This document shows, piece after piece, positions 38,022 through 47,611 of a stretch of DNA of 64,000 nt. Numbering within the stretch: position 1 is the first letter of the stretch; every line of letters starts with the position of its first letter. Location: NCBI GenBank assembly GCA_965116495.1, contig OZ220696.1, positions 3,264,001-3,328,000 of the forward strand. Direction: 5' to 3'. Under the pieces are notes generated by a model. That model saw only the letters and a list, made by a program, of their open reading frames with translations. It did not search any database and was not told where the DNA came from. This DNA comes from Gammaproteobacteria bacterium (GTDB lineage: Bacteria; Pseudomonadota; Gammaproteobacteria; Eutrophobiales; Eutrophobiaceae). The position numbers and the translations under genes are program-made.

Positions 38022-39869
38022 TCAGCCGTGTGCCACACTGGGAAGCGTGGCGCCGAGGATTTCATAAATCTTCTCCTCGATTTCCACCGTGCTCAGCGGT
38101 TGACCCTGGACTTTATTCAACCCGATAACGTCAACCAGAAATTCCGCCCTTAACATCATACGTAGTTGACCGAGATTCAGTTCCGGAACCAGCACGTATT
38201 TAAAGTTGTTCAGCACGGCGCCCATGTTTTTCGGGAACGGGTTGAGGTAACGGACATGCGCTCCGGACACGGATAAGCCGTTTGCCTGGGCATATTCGAC
38301 GGCGTGGCGGCAAGCGCCCCTGGTACTACCCCAGCCCAAAACCAGCAGGTCCCCTTTTTGCGGGCCGTGTACGACCAGGTCGGGAATGTCGTCGGCGATG
38401 GCTTGTATTTTCGCCGCGCGCAATTGCACCATACGCTCGTGGTTTTCAGAATCGTAGCTGACGTGGCCGGTGATATCTTCTTTCTCCAGGCCGCCGATAC
38501 GGTGTTCCAGTCCCGGGGTACCCGGCACCACCCAGGACCGGGCCAGGGTTTGCTTGTCCCGCGCATAAGGTGCGAAGGTTTCCGGGACAGTGCAATAATT
38601 CACTTCGAATTCAGGCAGTTCTTCGGGTACCGGTATGCGCCAGGGTTCGGAACCGTTCGCCAGGTAGCCGTCCGATAAAAAGAATACAGGCGTCATGTAC
38701 TTGACGGCTATACGAAATGCCTCAATGGCCAGGCTGAATGATTCGCTTGGCGTTGTTGGTGCAATTATCGGTACGGGACATTCACCGTTGCGTCCATACA
38801 AGGCTTGCAGCAGGTCTGCCTGTTCGGTCTTGGTGGGCATCCCGGTGGATGGCCCCGCCCGTTGAATGTTGGCAATGACAACCGGCAGTTCCGTCATGAC
38901 AGCCAGGCCGATTGCCTCGGACTTGAGGGCAACGCCGGGCCCGCTGGTGCCGGTCAGGCCCAGGGCGCCTCCGTAAGCAGCGCCGATAGCCATGCCGATA
39001 GCGGCAATTTCGTCCTCCGCCTGGAACGTCTTTACCCCGAAGTGACGTAGTTTGGACAGTTCGTGCAGGATGTCACTGGCTGGCGTTATCGGATAGGAAG
39101 CATAAAACAAGGAACGGCCGGACAACTCCGATGCTGCCAGAAAACCTAAAGCGCTTGCTTCATTGCCGCTGATACGCCGGTAGTTCCCAGGCGGCAGCAC
39201 CGCTTTACTGACCCTGAAACGAGCGGTAAAGACTTCAACCGTATCGGCGTAGTTGTATCCTGCCTGCAGGGCGAGCTTGTTGGCTTCGGCGAGTTCCGGC
39301 TTCTTTTTGGAGAAAAGCCGGTCGACGCGTTCGATAATTTCCTCGATAGAGCGGTCATACATCCACGCAATGATTCCCAGGGTGAACATGTTCTTGCTCA
39401 GGGTCGCCTGTTTGCGTGACAACCAGGATGACTCGACCGCGGCAACAGTCAGCGAGGTAATAGGCAAGTCGTATACCTGGTAGCCTGACAAGGTCTCGTC
39501 TTTCCTGGGATCGCTCGTGTAACCGGCTTTTTTCAGCCCCTGATCATCGAAAGCGTCGTGATTAAGTATCAGGACGCCACCGTGTCTGACTTCTTTCAGG
39601 TTGACTTTCAGGGCTGCGGGATTGAGCGCCACCAGGACATCCGGCTTGTCGCCCGGTGTATGGATATCGTATGAGGAAAAATTCAGTTGAAAATTGCTTA
39701 CGCCTGCCAATGTGCCGGCCGGCGCGCGAATTTCAGCGGGGAAATCCGGCAAGGTGCTGATGTCATGACCGGCTATCGCCGAGTCATGACTGAACAGGGC
39801 GCCCGTCGTCTGGATGCCGTCGCCGGAATCCCCGGCAAAACGGATGATGACATTCTCAATTTCAAACAT
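38022..39869 (-). CDS. korA: 2-oxoacid:acceptor oxidoreductase alpha subunit (gamma-alpha fusion)
   Basis: IRFAGDSGDG, FPAEIRAPAGT, YPITPAS, QAEDEIAA, QRAGPSTGMPTKTEQAD. Alternative ATG starts up to 39926. Confidence 0.92.
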   Translation of the reverse strand: MFEIENVIIRFAGDSGDGIQTTGALFSHDSAIAGHDISTLPDFPAEIRAPAGTLAGVSNFQLNFSSYDIHTPGDKPDVLVALNPAALKVNLKEVRHGGVLILNHDAFDDQGLKKAGYTSDPRKDETLSGYQVYDLPITSLTVAAVESSWLSRKQATLSKNMFTLGIIAWMYDRSIEEIIERVDRLFSKKKPELAEANKLALQAGYNYADTVEVFTARFRVSKAVLPPGNYRRISGNEASALGFLAASELSGRSLFYASYPITPASDILHELSKLRHFGVKTFQAEDEIAAIGMAIGAAYGGALGLTGTSGPGVALKSEAIGLAVMTELPVVIANIQRAGPSTGMPTKTEQADLLQALYGRNGECPVPIIAPTTPSESFSLAIEAFRIAVKYMTPVFFLSDGYLANGSEPWRIPVPEELPEFEVNYCTVPETFAPYARDKQTLARSWVVPGTPGLEHRIGGLEKEDITGHVSYDSENHERMVQLRAAKIQAIADDIPDLVVHGPQKGDLLVLGWGSTRGACRHAVEYAQANGLSVSGAHVRYLNPFPKNMGAVLNNFKYVLVPELNLGQLRMMLRAEFLVDVIGLNKVQGQPLSTVEIEEKIYEILGATLPSVAHG

Positions 39870-39977
39870 ACCAAGAGACGGGTCTTGTACCCGGCCCCTG
39901 GATTTTCTATAGCTCATCTGCCTCATAGAAAAGTCCAACAATGGCGTATATTGTACTATGTTTGCAGAAATTTTACT

Positions 39978-40019
39978 ACATAAAGTTACCACATAAAGTT
40001 ACCAACACATAAAGTTACC
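39978..40019. repeat. Three identical 13-mers upstream of korA
   Basis: ACATAAAGTTACC at 39978, 39991 and 40007. Confidence 0.85.
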
Positions 40020-40133
40020 ACGCCAACGTCGTTCCCGCTTGCGCAGCGATGACGGCCAAGCGCAGGACTGACGGGGGGTGCGCCCGGGAAGGGACGGATA
40101 GTGTATCATTATCGCCGATACAGCAGCAGGACA

Positions 40134-41666
40134 ATGTCCATGACCGAGGACCGAACCAACAATAACAGGGCTACTCCGGATTCACGCGCTTCGGACCCTT
40201 CCCAATTACCGCCATCTCCCGGCACCGGGTCGGCGTGGAACGTAACCGACCTGCCTGTACCACCCGATTTCAATTTCCGCAACGCGCTCAGGATCATCGG
40301 CCCGGGCGCCATCGTCCTGTCCATGTCCATCGGTCTTGGGGAGTGGGTACTGGGGCCCCTGGTCGTGACGCAATACGGTTTCACCATGCTCTGGGTGGTG
40401 ACCGTCGCCATTATTTTGCAACTCGCCCTCAACCTGGAATTTATCCGCTACACGGTATATACGGGGGAACCCGTAATCAACGGGTTTTTGCGGCTTGCTC
40501 CCCATCCGCTGTTCTGGGGCGGGATATATATCCTGTTTTCCCTGTTTCATGCAGGCTGGCCGGCCTGGGCCGCGGCTTCTGCGGCGCCGTTATTTGCCGG
40601 TTTCACCGGCCATTTGCCGGGGCCGGGCGATGAATCGGTGATGCGCTGGCTGGGCATCATGAACCTGTTGATCTGCGCCGCCATCGTCGCGTTCGGCGGC
40701 AAGGTCGAGCGCACTTTGGAAATCGTCAACTGGTTCATGGTGTTGTTCGTGTTCGGTTTTCTATTGTTCGTCTGCCTGTTGCTCGTGCCTGCGGAAACCT
40801 GGTGGGCGGGGCTCCTGGGTTTCTTCGGTTTGACGCCCGGATACGAATTTCTGTTGATTCCGGAAAATGTCAGCTGGATATTGATCGGCGGTTTTGCCGC
40901 ATTCGCCGGGGCGGGGGGCATGGCCAATCTGACCGTGAGCAATTACATGCGGGACAAGGGAATAGGCATGGGGCGCGAGGTCGGTTACATCCCGACCCTG
41001 GTAGGCGGCAGGAAGGTAGTGGTCTCACCCGTCGGAACTGTCTTCCCTGCGAACGGGACCAACATGGCGCGCTGGCGGGTGTGGTGGCAGTACGTGCGTT
41101 GTGACCAGGTAATGGTCTGGGCCGCGGGCTGTTTTGTCGGCATGTTCCTTAACTGTATCCTGGCGGCCCATGTCGTTCCCGCGGGGACGCAATTGAGCGG
41201 CCTGTCCATCGGCGCGTTCCAGGCCGAGTTCCTGGCCCGTGAAGGCGGCGAATTACTCGGTTTCGTTACCCTGATCAACGGTTTCTGGATACTGTTCGGC
41301 AGCCAGTTGGTGACTATCGACATGATGGCGCGTATCAATACCGATCTCATCTGGAGTATGAGCGGGCGCGTCAGGCGTATGGCCGGCAACGATATCCGGC
41401 GTCTGTATTATTGCCTGCTGGGCGCCTTCGTGCTGTGGGGTTGCATCGCCATCAACCTGGCCCAACCGAAGGTGCTGGTGCTGATTTCCTCCAACGTCGC
41501 CGGGTTTATCCTGGTCGTCAGCGCCGTGCATATCCTGCTGCTCAACCACATGGCCCTGCCCCGGGCCGTCAGGAGTCCCTGGTGGGCGCGCGGGCTGGTT
41601 GGCTGCACCGCCCTGTTCTACGGTTTCTTTTTCGTACAGAACCTGCTGGAACTTTTTGGGCGGTAA
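40134..41666 (+). CDS. Nramp-like (APC superfamily) transporter
   Basis: IIGPGAIVLSMSIGLGEW..GP, RYTVYTGEP, about 11-12 transmembrane segments. Confidence 0.75.
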   Translation: MSMTEDRTNNNRATPDSRASDPSQLPPSPGTGSAWNVTDLPVPPDFNFRNALRIIGPGAIVLSMSIGLGEWVLGPLVVTQYGFTMLWVVTVAIILQLALNLEFIRYTVYTGEPVINGFLRLAPHPLFWGGIYILFSLFHAGWPAWAAASAAPLFAGFTGHLPGPGDESVMRWLGIMNLLICAAIVAFGGKVERTLEIVNWFMVLFVFGFLLFVCLLLVPAETWWAGLLGFFGLTPGYEFLLIPENVSWILIGGFAAFAGAGGMANLTVSNYMRDKGIGMGREVGYIPTLVGGRKVVVSPVGTVFPANGTNMARWRVWWQYVRCDQVMVWAAGCFVGMFLNCILAAHVVPAGTQLSGLSIGAFQAEFLAREGGELLGFVTLINGFWILFGSQLVTIDMMARINTDLIWSMSGRVRRMAGNDIRRLYYCLLGAFVLWGCIAINLAQPKVLVLISSNVAGFILVVSAVHILLLNHMALPRAVRSPWWARGLVGCTALFYGFFFVQNLLELFGR

Positions 41667-41692
41667 TTCCCTGCGAAACGGTAGATACTTCA

Positions 41693-41727
41693 TTGATTAT
41701 CATCGTGCATTGGTGTACGCTAGGTGT
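41693..41727 (+). promoter_or_regulatory. Leaderless-type promoter of vapBC
   Basis: TTGATT (41693-41698), 17-bp spacer, TACGCT (41716-41721). ATG follows after 6 nt. Confidence 0.55.
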
Positions 41728-41931
41728 ATGTCACGCACTAACATAAATATTGATGATGAAGCCTGCGCGAAGATAATGCGCCGTTACCGGCTGGCGACAA
41801 AACGTGAAGCAGTCAACTTTGCGTTGCGTACCCTTGCGGCTGAACCCCTGAACATCGAAGAAGCGCGGCGCATGCGCGGGTCAGGTTGGGAAGGGGATCT
41901 TGACGAGATGCGAGCCAGCCGTCTGACGTGA
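41728..41931 (+). CDS. vapB: VapB antitoxin (VapB11-like, RHH)
   Basis: MSRTNINIDDE...TKREAVNFALR...GWEGDLDEMR. Overlaps vapC by GTGA. Confidence 0.9.
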   Translation: MSRTNINIDDEACAKIMRRYRLATKREAVNFALRTLAAEPLNIEEARRMRGSGWEGDLDEMRASRLT

Positions 41932-42320
41932 TACTGATCGACACGTCCGCGTGGATCGAATTTCTTCGGGATACAGGTTCTGCAGCCTGTAATCGTGTCG
42001 AAGCGCTACTTGAAGGCGAGATTGCAATTTGCGATGCAGTCCGGATGGAGGTTCTTGCCGGGGCACGAGATGAACGACACTTGCGCAGCTTGCAACGGCT
42101 TCTGGCGCGAGCTGTTGTGCTTTCGACGATACCGGCAGACTATGAAAGTGCCGCTGCACTTTATCGCCAATGCCGTCGGAAAGGAAACACAGTTCGCAAG
42201 TTGCTCGATTGTTTGATAAGCGCTGTCGCTATCCGCACAGGTGTACCCGTTCTTCATAACGACGTGGATTTTGATGTTCTTGGGAGTCATTCGGAACTGA
42301 GAATTGATCCGTGCCGATAA
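41928..42320 (+). CDS. vapC: VapC PIN-domain toxin (VapC11-like)
   Basis: ILIDTSAW, MEVLAGA, DCLISAVAI, LHNDVDFD. The acidic PIN residues are intact. Confidence 0.93.
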   Translation: MILIDTSAWIEFLRDTGSAACNRVEALLEGEIAICDAVRMEVLAGARDERHLRSLQRLLARAVVLSTIPADYESAAALYRQCRRKGNTVRKLLDCLISAVAIRTGVPVLHNDVDFDVLGSHSELRIDPCR

Positions 42321-42355
42321 AACATGGTCACAGAATCAGGGTAAATTCGATTAAG

Positions 42356-42429
42356 ACGCCCTTGGCTCAGGTGGATAGAGTGTCTGGCGTCGACCCAGGT
42401 GGTCGGGAATTTGAGTCTCTGAGGGTGCG
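42356..42429 (+). tRNA. Degenerate tRNA-Arg-like element (anticodon TCG), probably a pseudo-tRNA
   Basis: Cloverleaf spacing: acceptor ACGCCCT/AGGGTGC, D arm GCTC-AGGTGGATA-GAGT, anticodon arm TCTGG-CGTCGAC-CCAGG, variable TGGTC, T arm GGGAA-TTTGAGT-CTCTG. Several invariant positions are altered and the 3' end is CCG, not CCA. Confidence 0.75.
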
Positions 42430-42452
42430 CCGTATTTGTTATATTGTTGAAC

Positions 42453-43007
42453 ATGTCCATTAGTCGTCGAAACTTCATCAGGCAGTCAGGCCTTGCCCTC
42501 ACTTTTGCCGTGGCAGGCAAGACGCTGCTGCTTACACCGCGCGAGGCTTACGCCAGGAGCGTACCCTTTTCAGTCCTGGGCCGGGCGGAAGTCGATTCCC
42601 TGGAAGCGATCTGTGAACGTCTGCTATCCGGCGCCAGGGAAAACGGTGTCGCGTATTTTGTTGACCGCCAGTTGTCGCTCGACCCCAATGACAGCATGCT
42701 GTTCATCAAGTGTTTCAACCTGGAGCCGCCCTACCTGGACTTCTACCGGCCGGCGCTGGCGGAAATCAGCCGGGTGAGCAAAACGGTTTATGGCGCGGAT
42801 ATCGCTGAACTCGACCAGGGCGGTGCCAAATCCCTGATTGAATCATTGCGTGATGGAAACGTGCCGGACTGGAACGGTCCGCCGCCGCCGCTGGTTTATC
42901 ACGCGCTTCGCAATGACGCCGTGGACGTGGTGTACGGCACCATGGAAGGCTTTGCGGACCTGGGTGTTCCCTACCTGGCGCACATCAAACCGCCGCAGGC
43001 ATGGTGA
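42453..43007 (+). CDS. Gluconate 2-dehydrogenase subunit 3-like protein, Tat signal
   Basis: SRRNFIRQ, GARENGVAYFVDRQL. Directly upstream of the GMC gene. Confidence 0.8.
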   Translation: MSISRRNFIRQSGLALTFAVAGKTLLLTPREAYARSVPFSVLGRAEVDSLEAICERLLSGARENGVAYFVDRQLSLDPNDSMLFIKCFNLEPPYLDFYRPALAEISRVSKTVYGADIAELDQGGAKSLIESLRDGNVPDWNGPPPPLVYHALRNDAVDVVYGTMEGFADLGVPYLAHIKPPQAW

Positions 43008-43008
43008 C

Positions 43009-44580
43009 GTGAGAGGTCCCGAAAAAGTAGATGTGGTGGTAGTTGGCAGTGGCGCAGCCGGCAGTGTCTATGCGGCGATCTTCGCGGAAGCCGGGAAAAG
43101 CGTGCTGGTGTTGGAGAAAGGTCCGGACCGTAAACTGACCGATTTGTACAGTTCGCAGATCTGGGCCAGGCGCCTGAAATGGGGAGCGCCCCACGTATTT
43201 GAGGAGGGCAAGGACAGTATCTGGTACAACTTCAATGCCGGCCACGGCTTCGGCGGCGCGGCGATCCATCACTATGCCGTGTGGCCCAGGTACCATGAAG
43301 ATGACATGCAGGAGCATACACTCTACGGCAAGGGACTGGACTGGCCGCTGGAGTATGAACAACTCCGTCCCTGGTACGATCAGGTCCAGGAAGACGTGGG
43401 CATGTCCGGCGATGCGGAAAAGGAAATCTGGCGGCCGCCGGGTGCGCCCTATCCGTTACCGCCCCTCCCCGTGTTCATACACGGTGAGGTCTTGGCGCGC
43501 GGTTTCGCCGCATTGGACTTGCGCACCTCACCCATCCCGGCGGCCATCCTGTCCCGGGACTACAAGGGGAGACCGGCCTGTATTTACGACAGTTGGTGTG
43601 ATGCCGGATGCCCTACCGGCGCCCTGGCCAACCCCCTGGTTGAATATTTACCCAGAGCGGTAGCAGCCGGAGCCGTGATGCAGGCAGACAGTTACGTCAC
43701 CCGGGTGTTAACGGACGGGGAGGGAGTGAGGGCCACGGGAGTAGAATACTATGACAAGGCCGGACAACGTCATGAGCAGTTGGCGGACGCGGTAGTGGTT
43801 GCCGCGTTTACCGTCGAAAACTGCCGTATCCTGCTGAACTCGGCGACTGATAGACACGACCGGGGCCTGGGGAATTCAAGCGGAAAGCTTGGCCGCTACC
43901 TGATGTCGCATCCTGCTGTCAATATCTTCGGCCTGTTCAAGGAGGAGACACACTGTTACCAGGGCGTGACCGGTGGACAGTTATTCAGCCAGGACGGCTT
44001 CGACAAGGAAAAGAGCAAGGATATTTTCGGCAGCAGGCAGTGGGAGATTGGTCTGGGTACAAAACCGAACGACCTGCTGGGTATCGCCATGAGCCGGGCA
44101 GACCTGTTCGGTAACGATTTGCATAAATTCGTCGAACGGGGTAGTCGCCACCTCGGCGCCATGGTCGGGGTCTGCGAATGCCTGCCCCATGAGGCTAACC
44201 GTATCGAGCTTGTCGATACCAAAGATAGCTTCGGTGTGCGTTTGGCTAGATCCACCTTCAACCTGGATGACTATGCCCGCAACCTCTGGCAGGAGACGGC
44301 TGACCTGGGCGTGAACATTTTCAAGGCCGCAGGGGCAACCGAAGCATGGCACGGTCCTCCGGGAGGCCAACACATCATGGGAGGAACCATCATGGGATTG
44401 GACAGGAAAACCTCTGTAACCAACGAGTATGCACAACTGCACGATGTGCCCAATGTCATCATCGGCGGACCCAGCGTCTTCCCTACCAGTTCCAGCGTGA
44501 ATTCCACCTTCACTGCTCACGCGCTGGCATTACGCTCTGTCCGGCATATAGCCGAGCATTGGAGCGGGCTGATTGCCTGA
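43009..44580 (+). CDS. GMC-family oxidoreductase flavoprotein
   Basis: VVVGSGAAG, Cys motif CIYDSWCDAGC, LGRYLMSH, HIMGGTIMG, SVFPT...NSTFT. Confidence 0.92.
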   Translation: MRGPEKVDVVVVGSGAAGSVYAAIFAEAGKSVLVLEKGPDRKLTDLYSSQIWARRLKWGAPHVFEEGKDSIWYNFNAGHGFGGAAIHHYAVWPRYHEDDMQEHTLYGKGLDWPLEYEQLRPWYDQVQEDVGMSGDAEKEIWRPPGAPYPLPPLPVFIHGEVLARGFAALDLRTSPIPAAILSRDYKGRPACIYDSWCDAGCPTGALANPLVEYLPRAVAAGAVMQADSYVTRVLTDGEGVRATGVEYYDKAGQRHEQLADAVVVAAFTVENCRILLNSATDRHDRGLGNSSGKLGRYLMSHPAVNIFGLFKEETHCYQGVTGGQLFSQDGFDKEKSKDIFGSRQWEIGLGTKPNDLLGIAMSRADLFGNDLHKFVERGSRHLGAMVGVCECLPHEANRIELVDTKDSFGVRLARSTFNLDDYARNLWQETADLGVNIFKAAGATEAWHGPPGGQHIMGGTIMGLDRKTSVTNEYAQLHDVPNVIIGGPSVFPTSSSVNSTFTAHALALRSVRHIAEHWSGLIA

Positions 44581-44591
44581 AGCCAAGCCCT

Positions 44592-44688
44592 CGTCGTTCT
44601 GGCAAACGCCAGAATCCAGTCGAAAAACGCTTCGTTACAATGAAAAAAGCAGCTTGTCCCCTGGATTCCCGCTTGCACCGGAACGACG
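44592..44688. repeat. Family A REP doublet (intergenic)
   Basis: CGTCGTTCTGGCAAACGCCAGAATCCAG ... CTGGATTCCCGCTTGCACCGGAACGACG. Confidence 0.85.
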
Positions 44689-44778
44689 GACCGCGTTTTA
44701 CGGCCAGATTCCTGCCATCTACGGCAGAATCCAAAAGTATGCGTTTGCCCCGGATTAAGTCAGGGTTTTCCTTTATTT

Positions 44779-44805
44779 TTGTTGAAGCTGTTTTATAATC
44801 AACAA
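44779..44805 (+). promoter_or_regulatory. Putative operator overlapping the yceI -10 box
   Basis: TTGTTGA-N13-TCAACAA inverted repeat. TATAAT at 44794-44799. Confidence 0.45.
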
Positions 44806-44840
44806 TCCCAATCGTAGCCAGGAGTTTAAGGAGACATGTT

Positions 44841-45422
44841 ATGACTTTAAAACGTATTCTGTGTATCGCCCTGCTTTCTTCTACCTTTTTCGTACTCGGC
44901 AGAGGCGCCGTAGCGGCTGAATACGAAATTGATATAGAAGGTATGCACGCGGCAATCCAGTTCCGGATCATTCACCTGGGTTACAGTGTTTTGACCGGCC
45001 GCTTTAATGATTTCGGCGGCAGTTTCAGCTGGGATAAAGACGACCCGGGCGCTGCGTCGATTAATGTGACGATTAAAACAGCCAGTATCGATTCAAATCA
45101 TGCTGAACGGGATAAGCACCTGCGCGAAGCGGATTTTCTGGACGTGGAAAAATACCCGGAAGCGACCTTCGAGAGCACGAAGTACAACGGTGACGCCGCC
45201 GGCGGCAAGCTGGATGGAATTCTGACCCTGCACGGTGTGAGCAAACCCATCACGATAGATGTTGAATACATCGGCGAAGGAGATGATCCCTGGGGCGGTT
45301 ACCGCGCTGGTTTTGAGGGTAATGTGACATTACGCCGTTCGGATTTCGGCATGATGTATGAACTCGGCCCCAGGTCGGACGAGATGGAACTGGACCTGTA
45401 TATCGAGGGCGTCAGAAAGTAA
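44841..45422 (+). CDS. yceI: YceI-family polyisoprenoid-binding periplasmic protein
   Basis: Signal peptide, HLGYS..GRFNDF, SIDSNHAERDKHLR..DFL, DPWGGYRAGF. Confidence 0.93.
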   Translation: MTLKRILCIALLSSTFFVLGRGAVAAEYEIDIEGMHAAIQFRIIHLGYSVLTGRFNDFGGSFSWDKDDPGAASINVTIKTASIDSNHAERDKHLREADFLDVEKYPEATFESTKYNGDAAGGKLDGILTLHGVSKPITIDVEYIGEGDDPWGGYRAGFEGNVTLRRSDFGMMYELGPRSDEMELDLYIEGVRK

Positions 45423-45457
45423 CGGCGCCGGGTGCCTGCAGATTGATGACGGACCGA

Positions 45458-45535
45458 TGGATTCCGGCATTCGCCGGGATGACGGTTTCGCCGGGATGAC
45501 GGTTTCGTGGGAATGATGGTTTCGTGGGAATGACG
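45458..45535. repeat. Family A arm expanded into about four tandem 17-bp units
   Basis: TTCGCCGGGATGACGGT x2 then TTCGTGGGAATGA[T/C]GG x2. Confidence 0.8.
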
Positions 45536-45549
45536 GACGTGACTGTTTA

Positions 45550-46095
45550 ATGTTGATCAAAAACACACTGTCCCGGTTCGGCCTGTTCAGCAGGTTACTG
45601 CACTGGTTGATCGCTATCCTCATCCTCGGCCTGATCTGGCTGGGCTGGTATATGGTGGATTTGACCTACTATGACAAGTGGTATAACGATTCGCTGCATT
45701 ACCATAAGTCACTGGGTATCCTGGCTTTGGCACTGGCGCTGTTCAAACTGGGTTGGCAGAGATATACCCCTGCACCTGACCCGTTAGCTGATTTACAAAC
45801 CTGGGAAAAGAGCGGGGCCACGCTCATGCACTACGTCTTGTGGGGCATGATATTACTAATTCCTGTTACCGGCTATCTTATCTCCACTTCCGCGGGAAAA
45901 CCCATCCAGTTGTTCAGCTGGTTTACACTGCCCGCAGTCATTGACGTGGATGAGGAACTCAGGGATCTCGCCATAGCTGTACACTTCTACCTGGCATACG
46001 CAACCCTGTTCCTGGTTCTGGGGCATGCCGGCGCAGCGTTAAAACATCATTTCATCAACAAGGACGACACGCTCAAACGCATGTTGTGGAAGTGA
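45550..46095 (+). CDS. Cytochrome b561 (YceJ-like)
   Basis: LHWLIA, HKSLG, MHYVL, HAGAALKHHF...TLKRM. Confidence 0.93.
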   Translation: MLIKNTLSRFGLFSRLLHWLIAILILGLIWLGWYMVDLTYYDKWYNDSLHYHKSLGILALALALFKLGWQRYTPAPDPLADLQTWEKSGATLMHYVLWGMILLIPVTGYLISTSAGKPIQLFSWFTLPAVIDVDEELRDLAIAVHFYLAYATLFLVLGHAGAALKHHFINKDDTLKRMLWK

Positions 46096-46107
46096 GGGTT
46101 CGCAGCC

Positions 46108-46132
46108 GGGGACAGAATTCAATTCTGTCCCC
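46108..46132. repeat. Family B palindrome between convergent genes
   Basis: GGGGACAGAATT-C-AATTCTGTCCCC. Confidence 0.8.
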
Positions 46133-46163
46133 AAACTCAGTCTTCCCTGTCCATTTACGCGAA

Positions 46164-47540
46164 TCACCCCTGGCCCAGGGCCAGGTAACAGACCAGCGTG
46201 ATCACGACCGCCAGTATCAGGTTCAGCACGAATCCCCCTTGCACCATTTCTTTGATTGTGACGTGGCCCGTGCCGAATACAATGGCATTGGGGACGGTAG
46301 CAACCGGCAGCATGAAGGCGCAGGATGCTGACATTGCTGCCGGGATCATCATCAACTCGGGGGCGACGCCAACGGCCATAGCGGTTGCCGCGAAGATAGG
46401 CATCAGCAACGTGGTCGTTGCCGTATTGGAGGTAATCTCGGTCAGAAACGTCACGCCCAGGCAAATGCACAGAAGCAGCACGGGCACGGGAAACATGGCC
46501 AGGACGGCCAGTTTTTGCGCGATCAGTTCTGCCAGACCGCTGGATGAAAACGCCTTGGCAATGGTAATGCCGCTGGCGAAAAGAATTAACATGCCCCAGG
46601 GAATATCTACAGCCGTTTTCCAGTCCAGCAACCGGTCCCCCTTGCCGGACGGCAAAATAAACATGACAAGCACGGCAGCCAGCGCCACGGTGGCATCGCC
46701 CACTCCGGGGGTTCCCAGCAGACCTGACCAGCCGCCGAACGGCTCGGAACGCGTTATCCATAATACTATCGTGGTTCCGAACACCGCCAGGACGCGTATT
46801 TCATTCACCTGCCACGCATCGGCTTTCGGCAGGACCAGGGTTTCTTTCCAGGTAACGTTGCGGGTCAGCCACAATGCCATCAGCGGCAGGCCGCATGCGA
46901 CGACCGGGAGACCGATCTTCATCCAGTCCAGAAACGTGTATTCAAGACCGGTGAACTCGGAATAAATACCTGAGAATATGATGTTGGGCGGCGTGCCTAT
47001 CAGGGTTGCAACACCCCCCAGCGAGGAAGAATGGGCGAGACCCAGAACGACGGCAATAGCCAGCGCCTTGTCCTCCACCTGTTTGAGTACCGCCAGGGCA
47101 ATCGGGATCAGGATCAGGGTCGTGGCCGTATTGCTGATCCACATGGACAACGATGCCCCGGTCAACATGAAGGCAAACACGATGCGTTTCCCGCTGCCGC
47201 CGACCGTATGCAGAATAGCCAGGGCAAAGCGCCTGTGCACACCGGACCGTTCCAGGGATTTTGCCAGCATGAAACCGCCCATCAACAGCAGTATCACCGG
47301 GCTGCCCAGGCCCGCCGCCGCTTCCTTGTGGGTCAGGACGTTGGTTAGCGGGAAGGCAAAAAACGGGATCAATGAGGTCGCCGGTATCGGTATGGTTTCC
47401 GTGACCCACCAGGTAGCGGTCAGCAGGGTTATCGCCGCGGTCATGGCAATCGCGTACTCAATATCAAAATAACGCAACAGGAAGAACAACAGGATGGATA
47501 ACAAGGGGGCCGCAAATAACGCGATTGATTTGATTTTCAT
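46164..47540 (-). CDS. SLC13/DASS-family di-/tricarboxylate:sodium symporter
   Basis: WWVTETIP, SMWISNTAT, IGTPPN, TEITSNTAT, FMLPVATVPN. Confidence 0.92.
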   Translation of the reverse strand: MKIKSIALFAAPLLSILLFFLLRYFDIEYAIAMTAAITLLTATWWVTETIPIPATSLIPFFAFPLTNVLTHKEAAAGLGSPVILLLMGGFMLAKSLERSGVHRRFALAILHTVGGSGKRIVFAFMLTGASLSMWISNTATTLILIPIALAVLKQVEDKALAIAVVLGLAHSSSLGGVATLIGTPPNIIFSGIYSEFTGLEYTFLDWMKIGLPVVACGLPLMALWLTRNVTWKETLVLPKADAWQVNEIRVLAVFGTTIVLWITRSEPFGGWSGLLGTPGVGDATVALAAVLVMFILPSGKGDRLLDWKTAVDIPWGMLILFASGITIAKAFSSSGLAELIAQKLAVLAMFPVPVLLLCICLGVTFLTEITSNTATTTLLMPIFAATAMAVGVAPELMMIPAAMSASCAFMLPVATVPNAIVFGTGHVTIKEMVQGGFVLNLILAVVITLVCYLALGQG

Positions 47541-47611
47541 TCTTATAATTCCTGATATCCTGGCTATTTTCTATTACATTATATTATCAGGGGTATTTGG
47601 GAGATCATAAA

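Noticed and set aside
42356-42429. Functional tRNA-Arg, or tRNA-Asp reading GTC
   Set aside because: The stem register places TCG at the anticodon. U33, the T arm and pair 1-72 are non-canonical, so normal decoding function is unlikely.
42838-43008. N-terminal extension of the GMC ORF (similar extensions at 41599, 54970, 56683, 53536, 58963)
   Set aside because: They overlap upstream genes or promoters. Downstream starts fit the family N-termini and, in most cases, an RBS or gene coupling.
45458-45535. CRISPR or mini-array
   Set aside because: Adjacent tandem units without unique spacers, derived from a family A REP arm.
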